A stretch of DNA of 62,995 nt from Chara braunii (Eukaryota; Plantae; Charophyceae), in the NCBI GenBank assembly GCA_003427395.1, contig BFEA01000019.1, positions 1,591,726 to 1,654,720 of the forward strand. The letters run 5' to 3'. The notes below the pieces were generated by a model. It worked only from the letters and a program-made list of their open reading frames with translations. It was not told the DNA's origin and made no database searches. Both the position numbers and the translations under genes were made by a program. Numbering within the stretch: position 1 is the stretch's first letter; each line of letters begins with the position of its first letter. Shown here one piece after another: positions 37,821-52,218 of the stretch.

Positions 37821-38192
37821 ATTGGTATAAAGATCCGGCAGACCAAAACGACACCACGCTCCTGCGGCTTAATTTTCAATCACACCTCCCCTGGACTAGA
37901 AAGAGACTAGATACACAATGCTCCATCTCCCTCTATTCCACTGGCTTCTCCCTCTCCGATATTGGGCAGCGAAGGTATTATGATCACCTCTGTCTCTCAT
38001 TCTTTCACCTTCCACTCATCATTGGTATAAAGATCCGGCAGACCAAAAAGAAACCACGCTCCTGCCTCTTAATTTCCTTCTAATAACACCACCCCTGGAT
38101 TAGAAAGAGACTAGATACGCAATGCACCATCTCCCTCTATTCCACTGGCTTCTCCCTCTCCTATAATGGACAACGAAGGCACTATGATCACC
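37821..38192. repeat. ~200-bp diverged tandem duplication
   Basis: ATTGGTATAAAGATCCGGCAGACCAAAA...TATGATCACC twice. Confidence 0.9.
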
Positions 38193-39330
38193 AGGAGCCC
38201 GTCGTAGCTAATCAAAGTGGGCAATGCTTTTGAATGGAGATACTTCCTATCCACCAAACTGACACGTTGGGCACGTGTCATTTGTTCATCCAAGGCAAAA
38301 ATAACGCGCTTACACTATCTTCCTCCCCACACGTATACACGCAGTCGAAAAAGCATCGACGCGGGCGCTTCGAACAAGACAGCGCATGTGCGTCAGAATT
38401 AGCGCAGCTCCGTAACCGAGATCGATGTGCTGCATTGGGGAATCCGGAAATCTGTAGCTTTCTAAAAATAGCTCTGATAATGAAGTAGATCCAGTAATGG
38501 AGATGAGGTTATCGTGTGGAAGGGAGTAGGGGAGTGGGGAGAGAAGTAGGCACGCCTATTACGGCCTGATGCCGGCCCAAAAGCGACCGTGGAGATGAGG
38601 TTATCATGTGGAAGGGAGCAGGGGAGTGGGGAGAGAAGTAGGTGGCCAGCTGAAACCGGTAGGGTCATCCGCCGTGCATTCGCCATGTGATTTATGATTC
38701 TTTTTATATAATGACGAATGAAGTGACTGTCGCGTTCGGTTTTCTCTGTCTATGGAGTGATTCTTTATCTGTGCTCCTCCTCTCCCCTCTGACTCTGCTC
38801 TCATGCACTCTGTCCTGCTGGTCTGCCTTGTTATCTCCCCATTTTCGTTGATGTTGTCATGACTATGCTTGCTAACGTTGAAGTTGTAATCATCATACAA
38901 CAACAACTATTACGGCCTGATCTGGACACAAAAATGACCGAGCTGACACTCGTTCCACTAGAGAAGGCTGACCCTCCGCTGCTGAAGAGAACAGAGAGCC
39001 CAGGTACACTGAGCAATACTCACTCACTGACAGTTGTTGCCATTCCTCTGTTTCATTTCTGAAGAAGAATCTGAGAGTTTCTGGAAGTAGAGAGCTACAG
39101 CCTACCGGAGAGGTCAATATATCCTCAATTATCAGATTGTTGTTTCTGTTCTCCAAGAGAGAGGAAAAAATCAATGTACCAGATAGGATGGGAATGGCTC
39201 AGCAGAAAGGAGAAGACCATTTCTTTTCTTTTTTTTTTCTTTTTTTTTATAGTAATCATTTTTTTTAATATCAAAAGTACCAGACAGGAGAAAACCCTTG
39301 TGATTTGTACAAGCATTCTTGTTGATCCCG

Positions 39331-39401
<71 letters not shown>

Positions 39402-41307
39402 CCAATTCTGCTGATTCAATGAATGCTGTGAAATGATGATACGAATGATGATGGTGCTAATGATGATGATGATTAATATATGGAAAAAGAACATCCTAGA
39501 GCAATTCTTAACCCTCCCTATACTAGGACATTACATCTCACAAACAATGTCATCCTAGCCAATCATCAACCATAGCTGACCTGTTCTCGCTACCTGGACT
39601 ATCCCTGGACCCATAGGTTGTCAAGGCGACCCCCCCCAGGTCGCCACTAAATTGCCTTCCTCCCTCAGCAATTCCCAGATCTCTCTACAAGGCCTCACAC
39701 TCCTGCCATTTGCAGGTGACAGGGCAATGGCCCAGCTCCGACCAGAAGCACCGAACACAGCATCTCTGCAGATATTAGCCTAGATTTGACCATCTCGAAA
39801 ATCCTATATCCGAATAAAGAAGAAGAGCAGAAGCCGCCAAAAATTATTAAAAAATCAGCACGCCCCATTTTTTGGATCCACTAGCTTCCCCCAGACCAGA
39901 CTCAACACTCCCAAGACACCTCAACCTACCCAATACCTGCCATCGCTGTCGTGTACTCACTACCAAAGCTATCCTCGGCTCAAGGGTTGCCTTGGCAGTA
40001 CCTCCTAGTTCGCCACTGGATTGCCTTCCACCCTCGACCATCGCCAGATCTCTCTACCAGGCCTCATGCTCCTGCTACAAAACAGGTCACAGGGCAAACA
40101 CCCCATCACCGGCCAGCGTCGTTCTGGCATCGGCTAACCAAGAGCTCAGAACACTACTTACTCTAGCAGGCACCAGACAAGATTCAGCTATCCCTGAAAT
40201 CCTGTTATCCAGAACAGAAGAAACCAGCTGTCACCTATGGAAGTGTCACACCCAAATAAGAATTTCCTCGCCCTCTCGTCCTTCCCACCCTGTCCTTTCG
40301 CTGCCTCCGCCGACAGAGAGTGTCGAAATTAGAAGACATTCCCCGTCAGCCCCAACTTTGATCAGTCCCATCTTACACCCTACAACCCAGAGAAATCCAG
40401 TTCCCACCAAAAGTATTCCTCTGCTACCCCATACCCTAATCTGCCTCCACTGAGGTTTGATGCTTGCTCACATCAGCCCCAGCCCCAGAGTAGAGTATCC
40501 TCCACCATCTGCTCATACCCCCTTCCGAGCATAACTACCCTCCTAGTGCTGCTCGTGTAGAGCAGAGCTCAACCCCTCCAAGAATCCCTCGTACAGATTT
40601 TGAAAAAAACATTGATACACACAGGAGGAACAAAGAAAAAACATGCGGAATTTAGAGTTCCATTTTTGTTGAAAAGCAGTTGAAATTACTGAGGAGAACT
40701 TATGGAAATACCAGAAGAAGATGAGACATGACTTCCTTTGTCCCTAAGCTGCTAGACAACGGAAAAGATTAATTAAACATGAATCAATTAATTCGAATTT
40801 TTGGTATTAAAAAATACCAATCAAAATGATAAGGATAGTCAAGAATATCGAGATTTTAGTCAGAATGAGACCTGACCTTGTTTATAGCTAAGTTGATAGA
40901 GGACGAGAGAGATTAATTGAAAATAAATTAATGAATTAATTCAAATTTTTAGGTATTTAAAAAATACCATTCAGGCTATTTTATTGTGAAATTCAGTATA
41001 TGATGCTGATAAGAATAGTCAAGAATATTTCGCGATTTTAGTTAGGATATTAATTAACGACGATAAAAGTCAAAAATAGTTGAGGTGTTAATTAAAAATT
41101 ATTCTTAGAGCAAAGATTGATAAAATGGAATATGGCACCGAATAGGAACTAGTCGGTCCTTAATAAATTTCCTAATCCTAATATCTTTACTAGCTAACTC
41201 ATGATTAAGCCTACTACGCCAGTCCACTAATATAAACTAACTTGAAGTACTACACTCTTCAACCTCTGTAACTTTTTTTTTTTTTTTTTTTTTTTTTTTG
41301 AAAACCA

Positions 41308-41527
41308 AAGCTCTATTCGGTGGGGAGCGTCACCTGCTGGAAAACGGGTCCAGCATCCCTTACACAGATAAGAAAAAATAGTACATTGAAAAGGAAGGAA
41401 ATTGGTAAAGGATACAATAGGTTCATAGCCCTGTTAAAAGAAATGTTAACTCTGTGCCTAATGTTGTTCAAAAGGGACGCTGCGCCAGTTTCTCAGCAGG
41501 TGTAGCTCCCCACCAATAGATGGAGCG
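41308..41527. repeat. Structured LINE-tail motif, copies 5 (minus, 41308-41361, poly(A)-tailed) and 6 (plus, 41473-41527)
   Basis: Same GCTGGACC..TTCCAGCAGGTG..GCTCCCCACC core, in divergent orientation. Confidence 0.8.
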
Positions 41528-41826
41528 ACCCAACTGGGAAACCCTCAATCCTGGCGGTTCTCTCACCACAACCGAGATAGTGGGTTTTCGAAGGGCTTTT
41601 GTTAAAAAAAATAAAAATAAAAAAATTGGATGGTGACTAGAAGAAGCCTGCCAGCATTGATTGCTCTGAGGACCAGAGGATTGACTGAGCAGGTGTGGGA
41701 CTGAAAACCTGATGATCCCCTACCCCTCCTCCATTCCTGTACCAGGGCTGGGGTCCAGTGGGAACCACTGGGGGGCAAAAAAAAAAAAAAAAGAGGATCC
41801 GGTCAGGTTGCGGGAAAGGGCCGCAC

Positions 41827-41958
41827 CTGTCTCTTATACACATCTAGATGTGTATAAGAGACAGGTATAGAAGATGTGTTTTCACAATAGAAAAGGTTAA
41901 GATTGATGGCAGAGAATTGTCGGAACTAGTACAGCAAATGGTGGAAACAGAGGTAAGA
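41827..41958. other. Nextera junction adapter (41827-41864) plus misplaced exact copy of LINE B ~28627-28720 (artefact)
   Basis: Exact adapter, identical duplicate, then an N and a poly(A). Confidence 0.97.
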
Positions 41959-41989
41959 NAAAAAAAAAAAAAAAAAAAAAAAAAAAACT

Positions 41990-43020
41990 TGTAACATTTG
42001 GAACTGAAGACTTTGCGAAGAAGGAACCGGAGAGCCGAGTCCGGCGAGTCGTTTGGCATTACGAGCACACCATAGTAGCCAAAGACCCAGAGCACGTGCC
42101 ACCCAGGCCCAGGCGGGGTAGTGAGCAGGCTTCTTGAAATCCTTCTCTCCCTTGATCGGTGCCTCTCTACACCTGGTCCAGAGGATGGTTCCCACATCCT
42201 CTGGGTACGCTTTCTTCCATAACTTTTGCCACCAGAGGCAGAATGCTTGAGCGTATGGGCAATCCCACCAGATATGACAAACATCTTCGGTCGCTGTGGG
42301 GGAGTAGGAGGAGCAGAAGATCGAGATCTGCAATCCTTTCATTACACACCACTTGACTGTGGGAACACAGTGCATCTGTAATATTAACCACAGTAAACTT
42401 GTATGTTCTAAAGTTCTTGCATGTTTCAAATTTGGACAGATTCCATGCTTTCCACTTGAGTAAAATTATCCCTTGAGTTCTTCATCGTGGTGACTTCAGA
42501 CTGTTTTCTTTTACCCATGGAGACTGTGTAATCGATGAGTGTCGCATACTTCCTTTCTCTGTTGCCATACTTTCAACCTATGGACAAAGGATATGGATTT
42601 TGGCCCTCAGGAGTGGAATGCCACTCAAGACAAGCTTGGGGACGACTTTCATCTGTCCGTTGGTCAGTCTGGTCTCTTCCCTGATTAACCCTGGGTGAAA
42701 TCAGCTCTGAGGATTTCTGGTTCCTGATCGGTGTCCTCTTTAAGTTTTTACCTCCGTATTTTGTGCGTCATTTGGCTGTCTTGCACTTACCTTCTGGAAC
42801 CACCTTGAGGACCTGAAAGAAACCTGGATCACCATCTTTTGCCGCGAGCCAAATGCCCAAGTGCCCTGAGCTCAGCAAGTCCATCGATAGAAGCAACATT
42901 CTCGATGGTGCAGGGGTTGCCTCAATAACTTGCTAGGTGTTTCAAGTGATCTGCTATGTTGTGCAGGTGCCTAAGCCTCTGGATCATCTCCCTTGCAGGA
43001 TTCTACTTTCAAACTCGTAA
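41990..43020 (-). pseudogene. LINE ORF2 C-terminal fragment (Zn-knuckle region)
   Basis: EDVCHIWWDCPYAQ..WW..LW, LWLLWCARNAKR; parallels the C-termini of LINE A and LINE B. Confidence 0.8.
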
Positions 43021-43023
43021 GCT

Positions 43024-43145
43024 TTGGAAACCGGGTCCAACTCCCCACCAATAGATGGAGCGGGTTTAAAAAAAAAAAAAAAAAAAAACTTTCTGGTAAT
43101 TATGTAAGGGACCCGTTTCCAGCAGGTGCAGCTCCCCACTCATAA
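43024..43145 (+). repeat. Structured LINE-tail motif, copies 7 (partly inverted, poly(A)-tailed) and 8
   Basis: TGGAAACCGGGTCCA (inverted) fused to CTCCCCACCAATAGATGGAGC; then GGACCCGTTTCCAGCAGGTGCAGCTCCCCAC. Confidence 0.8.
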
Positions 43146-43478
43146 AAAACAAGGGGACCCGCCGCAGCTCCACGTGCGGCGGAGAGCAGTTCGGAAGAAT
43201 TTGAAGAAAGGATGCACTCAGTCGAAAATTGCAATTTTCGTACCGTTTCCACAAATTGAAACCACATTTAAAAGCAATTTTAGATGAAAATAAAAAAACA
43301 AAAATGATGGAAAAAAGTCAGGGAAAAAAAAAAAAAAGAATCTAATGTAGGATACGGTTGAAGAAAAATACGTTTTTTTTACTCCCAAAAAAAAAAAAAA
43401 ACAACGCATAACTGAATGTAGTTTTTTTCCTAAATAGCACGTATTTTAATGTACTAAATAAAAATGTAAAAACCAACT

Positions 43479-43640
43479 AATGTCGTTGCCCTTTTTTGTA
43501 AAAAAATAAATTAAAAAAATGATCAACGTCGTTGCCCTTTTTTGCAAAAAAAAAAAAAAACAATCAACGCCGTTGTCCTTTTTTTGTAAGCGCAAAAAAA
43601 AAAAAAAAAAAAAAACAATCAGCGCTGTTGCCCTTTTCCG
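43479..43640 (+). repeat. Four CGTTGCCCTTTTT units separated by A-runs (transposon subterminal-like)
   Basis: Read directly from the sequence. Confidence 0.7.
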
Positions 43641-44360
43641 TAAACCAATGTTGTACGTAATGGAGAACCCTCTTCAGTACAACAACTGTTCAACAACATT
43701 AAGCGATCTCTGAGACAGATTATCTATACAGATTGGAGAAAAAAAGTGAACAGAGTGGTGGGTTGCAGAGTTGGGGTCCACCGGTTCAAGAAACATTGGG
43801 CAATGTGCCCTCAGCTAGTATCAATTGACGGTTGTACTGGCGACATCTTGTTTGGGCCTTTTTTGCAGCAATACGCATGAATGTTGTTACTTCTGTTATT
43901 TGAGTCCTACTTTGTTATAAGGCTTGTTGTTGCTTCAGTGTTTTTTTTTAACTGTAGGGTGTACCATTTTTATAGCTTAGTTTTTTTTTGTTTTTTTTTT
44001 TTAAACCACCAGTACCTCCGAGCCTGTTTTTGCTGAACTTGAATTATGCTGCACACCAGATTTCGGCGAGCCTGTGTCCTGCGGGACTTTTCGTTTTTGT
44101 TGTTGTTGTTGTTGTTTTTCCTCGAAAAGCAGTGTTTTCACTTGTGGCGCGTCGGCCTCCGGTTGCATCCGACGAAGGGACGCACGTTAGGGCGGGGTCC
44201 CTGTGGGTGGTAGCATGGTCGGAGGCCGACTCGCGTTTTGGAAATTTTTTTTTTTTTTTTTTTTTTTTTTGGCCTATGACGGGCGTGTCGTTTTGCCGGC
44301 GACCGGTACTGCGGATTGGAGTCCACACGTGTGGCAACGGATGGAGAGAGGCGCACGGAT

Positions 44361-46465
44361 AGACCCAGTTTTTGGGTCACTTTATCCTCACAGATGGTAG
44401 ACTCAGACCCGTCGTCTACTATAGCTTTCATCCTTATCCCATTGACGGTGGCGTTCAACTTTCCGTTACCAAAAACATAGAAATAATCGCCTCCACCATC
44501 ATTGGTTTCTACATGCTCTACTCCTCCTTTCTCCGCTGCTAGAACGAATGTCTTCGTTTCTATCTTCGGCTCGCTTGAAGCCGCAGCCTCCGCTAGTGGC
44601 ACCTTAGCCTTCTTCATCATTGCTATTAGCTCATCTCCCGCTGGTCCACAACTGACTATGAATTCTTTCAAGGTAATAGGAATGGGCATATCCATAGCCC
44701 TCCTTAATGGCTCTCTCAAATCTACCTCATCCAGTGAACTTTTCAAGTGAAACTTCTTGGCCCCTCTTTTTCTAGGGGACTGAGGTGACTTGGGCGACTC
44801 CACTTGCTCATCCACTATTGGTTGGTCTTGGTCTTCTTTCTTTCCTTTACTCGATTCGCCAACACCCTGAGTGCAAGCGTAAACTTCACCATTATCCTCT
44901 GTTTCTTCAAACTTAATAGAAAAAATCCTCATCCCAGGACTTTCCGGTAGCTCTTCAAGATCCTCCTCAAATGTCACTCGGGAAACCTTCGCTGCCGCTG
45001 ACTCTTGTGTTTGTTTTCCCTTTGCCTCATTCATCCTTCGCCTTCTGATATCTACATTGATTTTCATCGAGGGTAGGAACGGCACTGGCTTCCCTTCATC
45101 CGCCCACATCACATACTTCCGATCATCTAACTCGATGATGCCTTTCGTCAGAGCTTCCATCATCGCACGACAGTCCCTCTTTTGGTGGTCCTCATCCCCA
45201 CAGTAGATACAGGCCTTACTATTTCAAGTCCGCTTCGGACTAGGGTCCCCGCGATTCTCCGTTCGGTGAGCGGCTCGAGTCGGGGTCTCTTCCTTTCTTT
45301 GATTACTACTTTGTAACTTCTCCACCGCCGCCTTCAGAACTTCTATCTGCTTCACCATGTCCTGCTCTCGTCTTTCAGACCTCCTAACCTCTATCTCTTC
45401 CTTCGTCTTCCACCGGCTATCTTTCATGTTGGACCACTTGGAAGAGGTCCCCCATTCTCCGTCGTTCCTTTTTCAATCTCCTCTTCCTCCTTTCTTCCAA
45501 TCGTTGTCGCCTATGATCGACTCCCCCCTCCTAGGCGAGCCTGTGCCGACATCCCTTCCTTCAATTCGGGGTCTTCTATCCTCATACTGAGGTCTTCCTC
45601 TCCCATTGTCCGCAGTTACTTCCTTCCCTAGTTTATCGAGGATCCTTGCGAGGTGTGCTTTAGCGCTTTGTCCCTCTGTATCGTGGACTAAAAGCTTGAC
45701 TTGACCGAACATTACCCTGGACGGAAGATCCCTCATGATCTTATCGCGTTTCTCTTGGGATAAGAACCCTAAAAATATCCCGCATCGCTCTATCTCCCCC
45801 ATAAACCCTCCTTCTACCAGGGGATTAGACGCCTTCTCGTATCTCCTCGCAAACGCCACTAGACTCTCGTCTTCTTAAGTCTTCATCATTTTTAAGTCGT
45901 CTATTGAGTAAGAGGTCTCGTCACATGCGAAGACTCTAGCAACTCTCTCCCTGAACGTCAACCAGCGCCAATTATCGGGGATAGCGTCCCTCACTTCACG
46001 GTCTATCTTTGGAGCCGTATGGTGGAGGAAGTTCACTATCATATCTTGATCACTCCATTCTGCCCGCATTCCTAACACTTCCGAATCATCTAGGAATTCC
46101 GTGACATTTTTCCCTGTAAAGATTGTCTGAACTCCAGCCAGCCCGGGGGATTGTAACGCTGGGGTCCCTAGGAAGGGAGACACATAAGTGCCTGGCGCAT
46201 ACGCCATGGAATAAGGGTCCCTCCTGTAAGGCTCACTCGCGACCTCTCTATAAGGTTTTCTTACCCCAGGATCCTCAAACCTTGCCATCTTTGTCCTGCT
46301 CAAAGCTTCTTTCCTCCAGCCTTCGCTCCTAGAGCTCCGTCCCTCCGGCTCCTTGACACGTGTATCTAGTTCTCTTAAGACCCTCCTTATTCTCTCTGCG
46401 TCGTTGTCCACGTCGACGCTCATTTTTCTGTCTGGACTATTCGTTCTCGATTCCTGTGTTTTCAT
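44361..46465 (-). pseudogene. gag: gag-aspartic protease, single frame with in-frame stops
   Basis: FTGKNVTEFL gag-like start; CCHC knuckle CIYCGDEDHQKRDC (45170-45211); protease AIVDDGSE (~44400-44425); truncated just after. Confidence 0.88.
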
Positions 46466-46536
46466 TTCACCCCCTATTGAGGTTAGATAAGCTCCTTCTC
46501 CGTTTATCCTTCCTAACTAATCCTTGAACACCCTAT

Positions 46537-49500
46537 CTAGCTTTCGGCCACACTCCTTAAAGCGACTAGGATCCTTTCAGTAGATTCGTCCAACAATTCT
46601 TGCACCTCTTCGAAGTCAGTGTCTTGTTCTTCCGCCCTGATTACCGAAGCAGTGGTCGACAGAGCCTTCGTATAACGCGAGTTAGCTTCCAAGGTTCTCA
46701 GGGAGACTATGTCAATCATGTCGTTGGAAAACTCTTCAGGCTCACGAATGTCCTCGCTTAGTCTAGTCTTTGCCTCCACTATAGTCTCTCTCCACTCCTT
46801 GAAAAGTCGCTTTCCTCCAAATTGCGTCGTATGGATGTCAATCTTTGCCAATCGGAGTTCGTCTGCCGCCTTCCAGATAGCACAGATCCTAGCTTATTTA
46901 ATTGTTTTTCTAGTCGCCTCAGTTTCTTCCTCCTGACTCAGCCTTTCGTATTGTATCACTTCTACCCTAGCTCGCACAAGGGACAGTTCAATTTTTGCTC
47001 CCCCGATTAGCTGATACTTCCTGGTCTCGCCTCCGGTACTAGTCATTCCTCCTCTCTTCGTTTTCTGTACGGATCTCTCTTATCCTCCTTGCTAGAAACT
47101 CCTCCCTCCAGTTTATTATATTTTCTCTTTCCTCCTTATAGACTAAGGTTAGCTCCTCAACCTTCTATTCAAGCACCCGTAATTCTTGCACGTTCGTAGA
47201 GCCACTCCATTCCTTATACCTGTCCACTAATTGTACTATCTTATCGTTTATCGAGTCCGAGTATGTTTCTAGTAATGAGTTAACCTTCTCGTCACTTCCT
47301 GTCATACGCGGGATTCTGCTTCTTGGACTGTCTCGTCCTTCTCCACTTCGTACCTCAGTCATCCTTGAGACCAAACCATCACATCATAGATTATTCTTCT
47401 CTCTGCTCTCACCAGCTCCAGAACCTTAGGTCTCTCCCTCTCAATTGCCCTTCGGGCAAGTTGTCTGTAACCCTGTTCGTCTAGAGACCTGGTCAACCGA
47501 ATTCTGATGACTGATGTCACTTTGCCAGCGAATGACACTCGATTCACCTCTTCCTCTTCAGTTAGTGCTCCCGACACCATTGAGTTCGTCTTGCGCCCTC
47601 TTCACCTTCCATACGAGGTCTATTACGGCTGACCATTCATTGTTAGCGAGCGTAAGCCCTTCAACTGGCGGCGACGATATTCCGATGAAAGGCCTAACGT
47701 AGGTACTCCACGAGAAATTCGCTCTTAATCGTTGGAGTCTTCTCTTCTCGTCATGCACTATGTTCGAGGCCCGTTGCCAACAACGACCTTTTTCGTCTTC
47801 CTTAAACCTATGTTGCGGCACGTATATTCCCACATTATACTCATCAAGGTTGATGAAGTAGTAGGTGATGACATACATACCATCAATCCCCTATCCCTGA
47901 CTCTTGAGACCTTCATATCTGATGATCTCATAGGGGACTACAACTCTTTTTGATATGCTGTTAAGGGAACGAACCAACTTCTCTGATTCCTTCTTATCCA
48001 ACCTTCTACACCTTCTCATTTTCAGTCACGATTTTCGGCTCTTCTTCTAGTCCAACCCTAACCTCGGACGTGTCCTAATCCCTAACCGCTCTAAGGACTC
48101 CTACCAACCTGCCTCCGTCATCCCTTATCTCATGCTCACCTTCGATTCCGAACAGGCCTGTGTCAAGGTAGAGCTCTCCTTCTTGATCTCGTAGGCAAGA
48201 GGTTCCTCTCTTAATCTCTATCAACCCTGTTTCAACAGATCGAACTCTCCTACAGATCCACGTGCCTAGAGTACGCAAGTCCTCCTGGGTCCATTCCGTC
48301 AAAAGTCTGAGCAGCTCTCGGGACCTCCACCTATCATGGTCACGCTGTTTTAATTCACTTGATATATCCCCCCCAGGCTGGCTATTCTCGTTTCCTCTGG
48401 CCATTCGGGTTATGATGCCGGTTTATGAAATCAATTATTAGACCTCGCCCGATGCCTATCAATGCTTCGTAAGGAATCCGCAGCCTAGGCAAGTCTTCAA
48501 AGATCCTGATTTCGGTACTCCAAGCGACTTCTTTTCTTAAGGAAAGGAACCTATCCTTCTCGTCTTCCACCACTTCTCTCGCTCTTTACCAGCAACATCC
48601 ATACACTAAATCTTCTGGCCTCTCTGTTGGTAAGTAAATGTCTACGTCTCTTACCTCAGTCCCTAGGAAGCGCGCGGTCATAACATAAAGGCGGCTTAGT
48701 TCCCATGCGCTGTCGACCATCTCATAGGCTTCCACCTCATACGGAAACTCCTCCCTTTTTCCTAGGGTACTCAAGGATGCATACTCCGCATCAAACTTCT
48801 CCTGCGGGGGTCGGTTCCCAGCGATGATCTTGTTATCCCACTCCTCAAGTTCCTCTGCAGACTTCTTATGGCTTACTCGTTCATGGCCCAACATTTTTGC
48901 CACGCCCGCCTAACACAACCGGACTCGTTCCCTGACCAGACGATAGTATTTCCTCCCAGAGGTCCTTAGTCTTTCCACCTTCAGTAGATAACTAATCTTG
49001 GTTTGGTTGGTAATTACCCTTAAAGTCGACTCCCTCATACGATCCGGATAAGGTTGTATGAGTTCAAACTCTTCAAGCCCAAAGAGATCTATATTAGGAA
49101 TTCGGAGGGCCCCTTCAACTTTTACCATTCTCCCTTCTACTATGACCCCGAAGGAGAACTATTCTCTAAGACCCGGCATCCTCATTGACCCCAACTCCTT
49201 GCTCTGAGCGCCATATTAATTAAAGGCTCCTTGTTTTTGCCATCAGTAAAACTGTCAGGTAGACTAGGTTCGGGTATGTCGTAAAACAACACGGGGGTCT
49301 CGTCACTAAACACCTCTTTCCCCTTCTTCTCTAATTCCCTCCTTTCCTTACTGATTATATCTCTAATCTAGTTCTTAAGCGACTCGCGATCAGTCCCTCT
49401 CTCCCTTAGCAGAGGCACGTATGGGCGGACGTCGTATTCTCCCGTGTCGAGATGCTTTATTACCAAGACATAAGCTTTCCCCGGAGCATGACTTTCTTCT

Positions 49501-51416
49501 AGAGATATACAACTCTCTATTTTGTAAGGGAAGACCCCCCCACTAGTGAAGGGGACTAAGGCATCCAGGGCAGTCGTAATCCTAGGGCAATAACCAGCCA
49601 TTTCCCAGCTTCTATCGTCCTCTAAGTCCAGACTTGCATGTCCCTCGACATAGAGTTCCCTACCATGCTCACCCTAGGCCCCCAACCGTGGCCATTGCGC
49701 TTCCCACATTTCCTCCTTGTTAATGAATAACGGTTCCTCAGGCCAGTCTTCCTGCTGATGCTCCTCTTCCTCGTCCTCGTCCCAGTCCCCGACTCGCCTA
49801 TAATACGAGCGCAGCTCGAAGAATCCCAGGAGAGACACCTCCCTAACCGATGGGCCGAACCCCCTCCCACTAAACAGCTCTGCCAACCCTGCTAGATGAC
49901 TAGGTGACTCCCGTATACCCCTCTCGAAGGAAGCCCATAATTCAACCGGTTGGTCCTGGTCAGGTGCTCGCCTCAAGCTCCTAGGTGAAGCTGCTCTAAT
50001 CAGCTCAACTAGTTCTAGACCTTCGTTGCCAAACCGGGGCCCCTCCTTCCAGAGAGCGTAATAGGCGTGGTGTTCGTCACCACTACGTAGGAGGTCCTGG
50101 ATTTCTAGAAAACTTAGGTGTACCTGGACCAACCGGTCAAGCCCTCCAAAATACTCCTCCAAGACAAATAGCGGAATGGGGAGCCTCAATGCCTTCTCCG
50201 AGTGTGGTAAAAACTCTCCCCGGGCTAGACGGAGGGACACCGTGACTGATCTAAATGCTCCTCTTAAGCTGAGCTCCTCCTCCCGGTATTTCTCCACCAC
50301 CTCCTAAAGTATGTCTATAGCGGGAGTTTCGTCCTCCCACGTATACTGATCAAGACTAGGTATTACCCCAAAGTTCTTACCGCGCGTGCCTTGCTCCACC
50401 GCCCTACGAATGATTTTCGAGAGTTTGGACGTTTGGTAGTAGAGGACACCCTTAACCGCCAAGTCCACCGATCCCTGAACCACTCTCCCTCGTCTATCCC
50501 TATCGAAAGCCACAAGCGGCACCACCAACAACCAAACGCCCGACCGCAACAGTATTGACCTCCAGGGCCTATCCACTCTGCCGACCCCTGCCACCAAAGG
50601 CGATCTACCTGGCAATGTAAACTCTACCCAATCTTCGTCCACGAATTTCGGCTCTCCGTATCCGAACTGTTCCAATTCTACCGGATGCTCGACCCTACAG
50701 TGAGACATCAAGGCATCGTTTGTCCTTCCGTTCAGTATCCGGGCCCTATCTACCTCTGCACTTATCTCGGTCTCTCGTAGCTCCTCCCGGATGCGGAACA
50801 CAATACGGCGTAGCTCCCTACGAGTGGGAATTGGCCTGTCCAAGCAGTAAGTAAGGAGCCACGCAAGCTCGACAGTAGACGTCCCCAGTCGGACCGCTCT
50901 CTGTACTACCATTAAAAGTCTCTGGTGCACCACTCCGGTACCGAAAACCAGCCCCGTCAAAAACCTAGGGACCGTCTCTGATCTCACAGAGGTCGCTCTA
51001 GGAAGCTCCCAATCATATGCAAACCTCACAGTGTAGACTGCAACGGTATCTACTCCATTCCCCTGAGCGAACTCTCTAAAGATCCGGGCACCAAACCTCC
51101 GACCTAACGCTGCCAAACAGAGGAGGGTCGGATAACGCCTGGTAGTATCTATCACGAGACACTCCCACTCTCTCCCCGACAAGTATAGCCTCATGCTCAC
51201 ATCTGCTCGTAAGGGCGCTGCCTCCCTGTCTCTTCTGACACAGGCCCTAGTTTCGGCCTCTATTCTCACCCACAGGAAAACACCGTCTCGTACTATTAAT
51301 CCCTCCTCTTTGGTAGGTCTGTATTTGCTCTTCCCTTTCAGGGGCAAGCTAATCACGTCGCAAGAGCCCCTCTCTCCGACCAAGGATATTTGAGAAGCCG
51401 ACTCGATATATACCAT
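46537..51416 (-). pseudogene. Long decayed accessory ORF(s) upstream of gag, function unknown
   Basis: Consecutive same-strand ORF pieces; 51416-50304, 50300-49674 and 49601-49368 share one frame. Confidence 0.65.
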
Positions 51417-52218
51417 TCCTAATCAAGAAACCAAGCGGAACCCTCAATAAATCTCTCCCTGTGTGACTATCGGACTGTTGAGCTCATAGACCCCCACGAC
51501 AGGCCCCCTCTGATCCTTCCTGTAACCCTCCAAGACGTCAACAGGCTTAGGGGAGAACCGCCCTCTGGCGTATCTCCCCCTACCCTCGTGTCAAGGAAGA
51601 GGTCGGATCAGTGTACCATCATCGTTGGCCTACCTCTCTTACCGCGACCTGAGCACGAGCTGGCCAACTCATGTGCTCGAGGGTGCATCGAAGTCACACG
51701 CGGATAAGAAGGCGGTGTCTCACTCGTGCATCCTCACTCCTATCCATGCCTCTACTCGTTCTCATCTCAGGCATGGTCTCTCATCCCGACTCGTGTAGTG
51801 TATGAACCCGCCCAACTATCCATCCGGATCAGCTAGCCTATCTAATCCTGCCCATCTCCTTACAATCTGGGGCGCTTCTCCCCTCCCCTTCAGACCCTTC
51901 AAGTTCTTCCCCTGCTTACAATTTTCTCTCTAGGAATTGATATCAGGGTGGACTGACAAATGGGGTGGGAAAATCAGAAGGACCCCTCTCAATCACCCGG
52001 AAATAGCAGAAACGAAATGCGAGACGAAATCACGAAATGCGAAAATCACAATCTCACCGGACCGATCGCAAGCTGACAAAGTGTCGCATCGCCCGGTATC
52101 TCGTCTTCTGCTACCCACCGGTAGGTTGATCGCTCGTAGCGTGTACAGGTCTCCGTCGCAGTCTCGTCCTCTCACGTACCCGCAGTTACAGGTGGACCGA
52201 AGTCCCGAGAGGCAGCCT

